Source: an uncultured Candidatus Saccharibacteria bacterium (lineage in GTDB: Bacteria > Patescibacteriota > Doudnabacteria > UBA920). From it: 64,000 nucleotides of DNA. This document shows positions 18,949 to 26,271 of this stretch, one piece after another. The stretch spans positions 4,748 through 68,747 of the forward strand of contig CAZDEP010000006.1 of NCBI GenBank assembly GCA_964504715.1. Direction: 5' to 3'. Position 1 is the stretch's first letter. Each line of letters starts with the position of its first letter. The translations under genes were made by a program, and so were the position numbers. The notes under the pieces are model-generated. The model saw only the letters and a list, made by a program, of their open reading frames with translations, did not search any database and had not been told where the DNA came from.

Positions 18949-20064
18949 ATGACAACATTTAAAATTATTTTGGCCGGCGGGGGAAGCGGAGGGCCGGTCG
19001 CGCCACTCTTGGCCGTACATTCAGAAATTAAAAAATCGCATTCAGATGCGCGATTTTTGCTTGTGGGCACAAGAAGCGGGCCGGAGCGGCGCATGGCTGA
19101 GGCCGCAGGAATTAGTTTTATTCCGATCATTTGCGGCAAATGGCGGCGATACTTTAGTGTGCATAATTTTCTGGCGCCCTTTTTAACCTTTGCCGGGTTA
19201 ATTTCGGCAATTTTTCTGTTAAAAAAATTTAGGCCTAATGTAGTTTTTGGCGCCGGCAGCTTTGTACAAGTGCCAATAATTTGGGCAGCTTGGATTTTAA
19301 GAATTCCCGTCGTTATCCATCAGCAGGATATTTACCCGAGCCTCGCAAATAAACTAACGGCTTGGGCATCGGACCAAGTTACAGTCAGCTTTGAAAAATC
19401 CTTGACCGATTTTTCGGCCGGAGCAGGTTTGTTTTACAAGGCGCGTGCTGGCGAAAAAGTTGTCTTAACCGGCAATCCTTTTAGAGAAGAACTTAAAGGT
19501 GTTTCCAGGCAACAGGGCCTAAAACATTTTAAGCTGAAAAACAATATGCCAGTGCTGCTGGTATTGGGAGGAGGAACCGGTTCGGATTTTATAAACAATC
19601 TCACGGACCGTGCGCTGCCCGAATTGGCCAAATTTGTGCAGATACTGCATTCTTATGGGGGCAGAAAAACCCGCAACCCGGATAAACACGAAAACTACCA
19701 TCCGTATCCCTTTATTTTAAGTATGGGCGAGGCTTATGCTGCTGCCGATTTTGTGCTCACACGCGCGGGCCTTTCCACCATTACCGAATTGTCTAATTTG
19801 GGTAAAGTCAGTATAATAATTCCCATGCCCGGCACGCACCAGGAATATAATGGGTTTATTTTAGATAAGCTTAAGGCGGCATTGGTGTTGAGGCAAAAAA
19901 TAGTCACGCCCGTAATTTTAATAAAGCTGCTTAAGGCTCTAATGTTTGATATAAAGACTCAAAAAATTATTGCGGAAGGAGTAGCCGGTATTATGCCAAG
20001 AAACTCGGCAAAAAAAATATCCCAGATTATTATTGACCTTGCACAAAGACATGCAAAAGAATAG
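18949..20064 (+). CDS. murG: Undecaprenyldiphospho-muramoylpentapeptide beta-N-acetylglucosaminyltransferase (GT28)
   Basis: N-terminal G-loop (ILAGGGSGGPVAPLLAV) and C-terminal RAGLSTITELSNLGKVSIIIPMP; followed by murC and murB. Confidence 0.7.
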   Translation: MTTFKIILAGGGSGGPVAPLLAVHSEIKKSHSDARFLLVGTRSGPERRMAEAAGISFIPIICGKWRRYFSVHNFLAPFLTFAGLISAIFLLKKFRPNVVFGAGSFVQVPIIWAAWILRIPVVIHQQDIYPSLANKLTAWASDQVTVSFEKSLTDFSAGAGLFYKARAGEKVVLTGNPFREELKGVSRQQGLKHFKLKNNMPVLLVLGGGTGSDFINNLTDRALPELAKFVQILHSYGGRKTRNPDKHENYHPYPFILSMGEAYAAADFVLTRAGLSTITELSNLGKVSIIIPMPGTHQEYNGFILDKLKAALVLRQKIVTPVILIKLLKALMFDIKTQKIIAEGVAGIMPRNSAKKISQIIIDLAQRHAKE

Positions 20065-20974
20065 GCCTAAAATCGGTCTCGCATTATCGGGTAGCGGTAA
20101 TCGCTCTGCTTTTTATATAGGATTTTTAGAAGAGTTGGAGCAAGTTGGCATTCGTCCCGATTATATTACCGCATGCAGCGGTGGGTCAATTGTAGTAGCC
20201 GCCTTTGCCGCCGGGAATTTGAAGCTGTTAAAAAAAGATTTTTTATCTATGACCAAGCAGGATTTAGTTAAGCTGATTACTTCCAAGCGCGGCAAGGGTG
20301 GCATTTTTTCTCTCGACCCCATGGAGGAAGAATTGCGGCGCTATACCAACGGATTGACTTTCGAAAATTCGCACATACTTATGAGTTTCATTGCGGCAGA
20401 CTTGGAGTCTGGCCAAATAGTGGAATTGGCCATGGGAGATGTTGCGCGCGCGGCGCGTATTTCGTGCACCATGCCCGGCGTATTTGAGCCGGTAAAATGG
20501 GGCAATCAAACACTGGTAGATGGGGGATTGCTTTGTATAGTTCCGCTCGAGGCCCTCAAAAAATTCCCCGCCGACATTACCATTGGCGTAGATATGCGGA
20601 CCACGCCCAATATTTTTACCGCAACGCATATAAACATAAAAAGATTCGCCAACTGGGTCAAGAAAATGTTTTTTATTGACGAATTAAAAGGCATTTTTTA
20701 TTCCAGCCAAAACGGCTACGGTGTAAAATTCGGCACTTTTTCCATCCTTGGGCGCAGCCTCGATTTAGTCATCGAAGCAAGAAATCAGCAGCTTAAGGAA
20801 GACAGGACCTGCGACTTAATGATTGAGCCCGATTTTCCCATATTGGGCAAAACGGATATTTCCGAAAACGCCATGCAGTACTACTATGAAATGGGCGTCA
20901 AGACCGCTCAGCAGTATTTGCCCGAAATTCGTTCGTTAATTAACTCTAAGTCCTCGGTTTCTGTAAACGCGTAA
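20051..20974 (+). CDS. Patatin-like phospholipase
   Basis: GLALSGSGNRSAFYIGFL, nucleophile elbow GxSxG (ACSGGS) and DGG (LVDGGLLCIVP). Confidence 0.75.
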   Translation: MQKNRPKIGLALSGSGNRSAFYIGFLEELEQVGIRPDYITACSGGSIVVAAFAAGNLKLLKKDFLSMTKQDLVKLITSKRGKGGIFSLDPMEEELRRYTNGLTFENSHILMSFIAADLESGQIVELAMGDVARAARISCTMPGVFEPVKWGNQTLVDGGLLCIVPLEALKKFPADITIGVDMRTTPNIFTATHINIKRFANWVKKMFFIDELKGIFYSSQNGYGVKFGTFSILGRSLDLVIEARNQQLKEDRTCDLMIEPDFPILGKTDISENAMQYYYEMGVKTAQQYLPEIRSLINSKSSVSVNA

Positions 20975-21038
20975 ATCAATTTTAATAAGCATTGGACCAC
21001 ATCAAAAAAGCACGTTAAATAGCCGCATATATAAATTT

Positions 21039-22511
21039 ATGATCGAAAATTCTCAGCTAGAAGAAATTCTTTCGCAAGATTCAGCCAAAGCTTATTTTAT
21101 TGGCATGGGCGGCATTGCCATGTCTGCTGCCGCCAGCATAGCAATGGAAATGGGCCTTCAGGTAGAAGGCAGCGATGCGACCGAAGTTTATGCGCCGGCC
21201 AGCGATGTGCTCAAGTCTTTTGGCTTAACGCCTCATTTGGGTTACAATGCGCAAAATATTTTAAATTCCCAAGCAGACTTATTTGTGCTTTCGGCGGGGG
21301 AAGGTCCGCAAAATCCGGAAGTTGATTGCATATTAAAAAATAATTTTCCTCGCGTCGGTTTTCCGCAGCTTTTGCGCCTGCTCGCCGAAGACAAATTAAG
21401 GGTAGTGATTGCCGGCACTCACGGCAAGACCACCACTACCGGGCTTTTAGGCCATATTTTAAAAAATATTGATGGTAGCTCTTTTTTAGCCGGGGGCGTG
21501 CTTGTAAATTATGGACAAAATTTCCATCTTGGCCAGGGGCACTATTTTATTTTTGAAGGGGATGAATATAAATCGGAATTCGACGACCCGACGCCCAAAT
21601 TCCACTATTACGAGCCTGATATTTTAATTCTAACAAACCTGGAATTTGACCACCCAGACCTGTTTGCGTCTTTTGAGGACCTCAAGCGAGAGTTTGAGCA
21701 GTTAATTGCCAATCTCCCCCCCGACGGTTTGATTGTTTACAATGCCGATAATGTCCATTTGTCACAGCTGGTTAGGGCTTCAGAAGTGGCCAGCGTAAGC
21801 TTTGGTATAGACAATGAGGCCGATTACAAAGTTGAGCAAATCCAGTATGACCAAAATTTTACTTCTTTTGAAGTATTAAATAAATTTTCCAAAAATGTTT
21901 CTTCCAGCCTGCTTGGCCTGACCGAACAGTATAAAATTCAGTTGCCGGGAAAACTTAACGTTTACAACGCTTTGGCAGTTGTGGCAGCCTTGCGGGCCCT
22001 GGGGTTTTCCGAGGAAGATATCCAGCTTGATTTGCTCTCTTTTAAAGGCATAAAACGCCGTTTTGAGGTTGTGGGATCGAAAAGTGGCGTTACCCTTATA
22101 GACGATTATGCGCATCACCCGACAGCGGTAAAAGAAACGCTGGATGCCGCCCGCCTGCGCTACCCTCAGGCAAAAATCTGGGCGATATTTGAACCTCATA
22201 CCTTTTCCCGCACCAAAGCGACGCTGGAGGAATTGGCTCAGGCATTCGATTCTGCGGATGAGGTTTTAATTTCCGAAATTTATCCCGCTCGCGAAAAAGT
22301 TTCCGAAGCCACTATAGATTCAGCAAAGGTCATTGAAGTTATAAAAGAGCATAATGCTAAATTCCAAATCAAAAATGGGGTTAGAAAAGTGGATAGCAAA
22401 TCAAACGCGATTAAAATTTTAAAAGATGAACTTAAGCCCGGCGATGCGGTAGTGGTTATGGCGGTTGGTGAATTCAACCGACTATCTTATGAGTTAAAAG
22501 AAATTTTATAA
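21039..22511 (+). CDS. murC: UDP-N-acetylmuramate--L-alanine ligase (Mur ligase family)
   Basis: MurC-type N-terminus (YFIGMGGIAMSAAASIAMEMGLQVEGSD) and P-loop IAGTHGKTTTTGLLGHIL. Confidence 0.7.
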   Translation: MIENSQLEEILSQDSAKAYFIGMGGIAMSAAASIAMEMGLQVEGSDATEVYAPASDVLKSFGLTPHLGYNAQNILNSQADLFVLSAGEGPQNPEVDCILKNNFPRVGFPQLLRLLAEDKLRVVIAGTHGKTTTTGLLGHILKNIDGSSFLAGGVLVNYGQNFHLGQGHYFIFEGDEYKSEFDDPTPKFHYYEPDILILTNLEFDHPDLFASFEDLKREFEQLIANLPPDGLIVYNADNVHLSQLVRASEVASVSFGIDNEADYKVEQIQYDQNFTSFEVLNKFSKNVSSSLLGLTEQYKIQLPGKLNVYNALAVVAALRALGFSEEDIQLDLLSFKGIKRRFEVVGSKSGVTLIDDYAHHPTAVKETLDAARLRYPQAKIWAIFEPHTFSRTKATLEELAQAFDSADEVLISEIYPAREKVSEATIDSAKVIEVIKEHNAKFQIKNGVRKVDSKSNAIKILKDELKPGDAVVVMAVGEFNRLSYELKEIL

Positions 22512-22533
22512 ACATTCTCACATTCTCAAGAAT

Positions 22534-23631
22534 GTGAGAATGAATTTTATGGACATTTTAAAGAATGTTGGGTTATCGCAATATACAACCTTTAAAATCG
22601 GCGGGGAAGCCGACTATTTTTGCGTAGTGAAAGACCAATTCGATGCGCTGACGGCTTACGAGTTTGCCCGCAGCAAACATCACGAAGTATTTATTTTGGG
22701 CGGTGGCAGCAATTTGCTCATAAGCGACAAGGGTTTTGGAGGGTTGGTTATAAAAGTTGAAAACAGCGGTATAGAAGTTGTATGTGAAAACGATACAGAA
22801 GTCGTTTTAAAAGTAGCGTCGGGCGAAAAATGGGACGCTGTGGTTAGTTTTGCAGTAAATAACGGGTGGTGGGGCGTGGAAAACCTTTCGCACATTCCCG
22901 GAAACTGCGGCGCCATTGCCGTACAGAATGTCGGGGCCTACGGCCAGGAAGCTTCGAAGGTTATAAAGTCGGTTACGGTTTTTGACCGCGACACTCACCA
23001 AATTTTGGAGTTGGAAAACAGCAGTTGCAATTTTGGTTATCGTTCGAGCATTTTTAACACTGCGCAAAAGGGCAAATATATAATTTTCTCCATAACGTTT
23101 GTACTTTTAAAATCCCCCCGGCCGGTTTTGTCTTATAGGGATTTAGCCAAAAAATTTGAAGGATTTAACCCTTCTTTGCAGGAAATTAGGTCCGCTGTTA
23201 CGGAAATCCGCGATGCCAAGTTTCCATATCCTACGGAAGCGCGCTTGGGCAACGCGGGGTCGTTTTTTAAAAATCCAGTAATGGACGAAAAGGAATTGCT
23301 TAAACTCAAAGAAGTTTTGGCCTCGGTTTTTGGGTCCGAAAAAGTCGCCCTTTTGGAGAGTAAAATTTTTAAGGAAGGGAGGAAAATCAAAGTCCCCGCG
23401 GCTTTTTTAATGGAAATTTGCGGCCTTAAAGATTTAAAATATGGAGGCGCAAAAATTAATCATAACCAACCCTTAGTCATAGTTAATGAAGAGGGCAGGG
23501 CCACGGCTTTGGATGTGTTGGGCTTGGCCAAAAAAGTCATTGCGACTGTCTATGAAAAGTGCGGCGTTAAGTTAAAACTTGAGCCGGAGCTGGTGGGTTT
23601 TTCCCCAAGCGAACTTGAAGGTGTGATATAA
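22534..23631 (+). CDS. murB: UDP-N-acetylenolpyruvoylglucosamine reductase
   Basis: FAD-binding domain (TTFKIGGEADYFCVVKD ... ILGGGSNLLISD). Confidence 0.8.
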   Translation: MRMNFMDILKNVGLSQYTTFKIGGEADYFCVVKDQFDALTAYEFARSKHHEVFILGGGSNLLISDKGFGGLVIKVENSGIEVVCENDTEVVLKVASGEKWDAVVSFAVNNGWWGVENLSHIPGNCGAIAVQNVGAYGQEASKVIKSVTVFDRDTHQILELENSSCNFGYRSSIFNTAQKGKYIIFSITFVLLKSPRPVLSYRDLAKKFEGFNPSLQEIRSAVTEIRDAKFPYPTEARLGNAGSFFKNPVMDEKELLKLKEVLASVFGSEKVALLESKIFKEGRKIKVPAAFLMEICGLKDLKYGGAKINHNQPLVIVNEEGRATALDVLGLAKKVIATVYEKCGVKLKLEPELVGFSPSELEGVI

Positions 23632-23708
23632 TATAAACAAGCTAAAACATTAATTTATTGAGCTGGATTAAATTTTAGGTTAATCCTATCAATTATGTAA
23701 TTTTTACA

Positions 23709-24020
23709 GTGAACATCAACATCAAAGCTACTAAAACAACTCTCACACCTTCCATAAAACAGTTTGTGGAAGATAAAATCCAGTCATTGGAGACTTTTAT
23801 AAAGTCGGAAGACAAAATTCGTGTTGAACTGGAAGTCGACAAAAAACACAGTTCGGGCAAAATCTACCGAGCGGAAGTTGATATTCAGCCGCACGGGCAC
23901 TATGCCGAGGCTTTTGCTGAAGATTTTTATGCCGCGTTTGATTTGGTAATGCCCAAAATAAAAGAACAGCTGGCAAAGCAAAAAGACAAGCGCGTTTCCC
24001 TTAGGCGCCGCGGTCGCTAG
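23709..24020 (+). CDS. hpf: Ribosome hibernation promoting factor / RaiA (S30AE family)
   Basis: HYAEAFAEDFYAAFDLVMPKIKEQL signature; GTG start. Confidence 0.85.
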   Translation: MNINIKATKTTLTPSIKQFVEDKIQSLETFIKSEDKIRVELEVDKKHSSGKIYRAEVDIQPHGHYAEAFAEDFYAAFDLVMPKIKEQLAKQKDKRVSLRRRGR

Positions 24021-24086
24021 CCCCTCAAACCTTTTGCACTACTGTACCTGCCTGCCCTGCCTACCGGCAGGCAGGCGGTAGGCAGG

Positions 24087-24195
24087 CTAGTGCCGTTTCA
24101 TTTTAATTATGTCGATTGTCAGATTTTCAAACTCCTCTAAAATAAATTAATTTAAGGGATATTGGCCGTCAGGTTTAAAATGAAACGGCACTAGT
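24087..24195. terminator. 20-bp perfect inverted repeat (ctagtgccgtttcattttaa / ttaaaatgaaacggcactag) flanking a 69-bp AT-rich loop
   Basis: Long stem-loop at the 3' end of the minus-strand trpR-like gene. Confidence 0.45.
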
Positions 24196-24209
24196 ACACT
24201 AAAACAGTC

Positions 24210-24494
24210 TTATTTGTAAAATTTTTCCAAAACCAGGCGGAAACCACCTTTTTTGTTTGCCAATTCGCGGGCGCCGCGATTAACGGTCGCCACACTCACC
24301 TTGAGCTGTGTGGCAATTTCGCGATGTGGGACCGCGGCCTGGAGCCTCTTGATGATTTGCCAGCGGACGGCCAGTTCGCGGTATTCGGCGGGTGACAGTA
24401 TATCAAATAAAAATTCCCTCATCAGAGCCTTGTCTTTGCCAATTTTGCCCACCAATCCTTCTAGTTCTGCCCCATATTCGTGTTTATATTGCAT
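24210..24494 (-). CDS. TrpR/YerC/YecD-family transcriptional regulator
   Basis: Trp-repressor-like helix-turn-helix (HREIATQLKVSVATVNRGARELANK); about 94 aa. Confidence 0.7.
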   Translation of the reverse strand: MQYKHEYGAELEGLVGKIGKDKALMREFLFDILSPAEYRELAVRWQIIKRLQAAVPHREIATQLKVSVATVNRGARELANKKGGFRLVLEKFYK

Positions 24495-24510
24495 ATTTTT
24501 TCTTTTGCTT

Positions 24511-24528
24511 TAGTGTACTAGTACACTA
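24511..24528. promoter_or_regulatory. 18-bp perfect palindrome tagtgtactagtacacta (trp-operator-like ACTAGT core) over the regulator's own promoter
   Basis: Lies 17-34 nt upstream of the regulator's start codon and overlaps a minus-strand TTGACG -35 / TAGTGT -10. Confidence 0.6.
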
Positions 24529-24594
24529 GAACATGCGGATCTTCGCGTCAACTGTGGATAATTAGATCTATTTTTTGCAATTTGGATGTTTCAG

Positions 24595-24606
24595 CGTACT
24601 AGTACG
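24595..24606. promoter_or_regulatory. 12-bp palindrome cgtactagtacg abutting a TTGACA -35 box on the + strand
   Basis: cgtactagtacg ggtg TTGACA, 17 nt, then TATGTT. Confidence 0.5.
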
Positions 24607-24941
24607 GTGTTGACAATGGGACGCAGAGAGAGTATGTTTTATTCATATGGAAAATTTGGTGGCTAAAAACAATATTGCAGTTTGGTGGGGTTTGCAGACT
24701 TTCGCAAAGCCCGGTGTTTTTAGCTGACTTTTTCAGTCTCCCGATAGTTGCTTTTAACCACCTTTTGGCTTTTTGCGAAAGGTGGTTTTGTTTTGGCTGT
24801 TTTTAACATCTCGATCAAATTTGCGTATTAGCCTGCCTGCTGGCAGGTATGCTAATGCAAATGGATGTTGTTGGCAGCCAGCACAAATCCACATGGCAGG
24901 ATAAACAAGCGTGCTGGCTTGCCTGCAAAGAAGGAGGTGCG

Positions 24942-25169
24942 ATGTACTACATCGCGCAGCAGCCGTCGCCAGTGGCGACCGCAAGACTTAAAAACGCTGG
25001 GTATGGGCGGGAAGGGGGCGAACTGGCGGCTCATCAGGTTAGCGGGAATTCTGTAACCGTGACCTTCGTTGAAACGGGTTTTTTTGGCGGCTTAACCCGT
25101 CATACAATGTCTGGCGAAGAATTTAAGCGCAACTTCGCCGTTATCCGCAACAAGAGGGCCAAACGCTAA
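24942..25169 (+). CDS. Hypothetical small protein (75 aa), higher GC than surroundings
   Basis: Strong RBS AAGGAGGTG 5 nt before the ATG at 24942; it is the internal start of track ORF 24849..25169. A near-perfect GC hairpin follows the stop. Confidence 0.35.
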   Translation: MYYIAQQPSPVATARLKNAGYGREGGELAAHQVSGNSVTVTFVETGFFGGLTRHTMSGEEFKRNFAVIRNKRAKR

Positions 25170-25212
25170 AAGCGTTTCGGCCCTCTTTCCACATCAGCAT
25201 GCACGTTTTAAC

Positions 25213-25222
25213 GTACTAGTAC
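25213..25222. promoter_or_regulatory. Third GTACTAGTAC palindrome at the right edge of the island
   Basis: acgtactagtac immediately followed by the right terminal inverted repeat. Confidence 0.45.
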
Positions 25223-25695
25223 AGTAGTGCAAAAGGCGCGGGGGTGGGGAGGGTTATGGGTATATTTACCCTTTTTAGTTTACTTGGAGCATGTAGGGAG
25301 GGTTTGTGCCCAGTTGGGTGCTTTATAGTTACTGCTTGAGAGAATGTAATTTATTGAGTTTTTAGGCTCGATAAATCGAGCGACTACAAGATCATTGGAA
25401 ATTGAAATTATAATTATAATGTTGATTGCTATTGACAGCATTGGTCGGGCTGGTATAATACAGTAAGTATGAATAAATTATCGCAAAATTTCTGGTATTT
25501 CTTTTATTTTTTTACTGGCCTGCTTGGAACCAGGAATTTTGAGTTTAATCCACAGATACACATATTGCACAGATAACACTGAACAAAGGATTCAACGTAA
25601 AACTCCCGGCTTCAAGCGAAGCCGGTTTTTTGTTTACCAATACAATATAATAGCAAACAATCCGCCGAAGCGTCTGGCGTAGGCGGGTGTTATTT

Positions 25696-25771
25696 GGGGA
25701 CGTAGTTTAGTTGGTTAGAACGCCGGCCTAAAAAACCGGAAAGGCAGGTTCGAATCCTGTTGTCCCCGCCA
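25696..25771 (+). tRNA. tRNA, isotype unresolved (anticodon loop CUAAAAA; apparent anticodon AAA)
   Basis: Cloverleaf: acceptor GGGGACG pairs with TGTCCCC (one G-U pair), D-arm with GG, T-arm GCAGG-TTCGAAT-CCTGT, encoded CCA, short variable loop. The anticodon stem has a C-A mismatch and the loop is A-rich. Confidence 0.55.
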
Positions 25772-25808
25772 AAATACCCCCGCTTAGCGGGGGGAGAAGG
25801 AGGGGCTT

Positions 25809-25937
25809 ATGGAATGCCCTAATTGTAAAAAAAAGCTCATCGAAAAAGGGGATCGGGCCCTGTGTCCGAAGTGCCCTTTTCGAAGAGAAAAAAAATTGGT
25901 TGCTAACTGGCAACCGAAACTACAGGAAAAAAAGTGA
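25809..25937 (+). CDS. Small zinc-ribbon protein (42 aa)
   Basis: MECPNCKKKLIEKGDRALCPKCPFRREKK... with two CPxC pairs; strong RBS AGAAGGAGGGG 6 nt upstream. A perfect hairpin ccccccgcttagcgggggg lies between the tRNA and this ORF. Confidence 0.4.
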   Translation: MECPNCKKKLIEKGDRALCPKCPFRREKKLVANWQPKLQEKK

Positions 25938-26077
25938 TGGGATTTGCCATTTGGCGCAAGGAATTTGGATCTCTATCTTTCGGTAGTTCTCGATAAACTC
26001 GAACACTACTCACGAACACGGAGAGCATTTTCCTAGCCCCAAAAGGCCAAGCTTTGTTATCCAGGAAAGGAGGCGGT

Positions 26078-26146
26078 ATGTACGAACCGTACCGTAACCC
26101 CGAGGTAGAACGGGGCGCAATACTATTCTACCGGCCGGAAACTTAA
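26078..26146 (+). CDS. 22-codon upstream ORF with a consensus RBS, overlapping a terminator hairpin (possible leader peptide)
   Basis: AAGGAGG 6 nt before the ATG. The stop codon sits inside the hairpin ccggaaacttaatgtttccgg, which is followed by a T-run. Confidence 0.25.
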   Translation: MYEPYRNPEVERGAILFYRPET

Positions 26147-26170
26147 TGTTTCCGGCTCTTTTCTTTTTAA
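26135..26170 (+). terminator. Rho-independent terminator/attenuator in the secA leader
   Basis: ccggaaac-ttaatg-tttccgg plus ctcttttcttttt. Confidence 0.5.
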
Positions 26171-26271
26171 CCTGAATTAGGTATAATTTATTGGCATTTA
26201 TTATTTAAGGGATCCCCTCACTCATCCTCGGATGCACTCGGATTCAAGGCCTGGGATGACAACAAAAGCTA

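Noticed and set aside
24253-25056. Track ORFs 24253..24513 (+), 24754..24984 (-), 24852..25034 (-), 24865..25056 (+) inside the TrpR-like island
   Set aside because: They are antisense or out-of-frame relative to the regulator gene or to the 24942..25169 ORF. They lack an RBS and are a compositional artefact of the higher-GC island.
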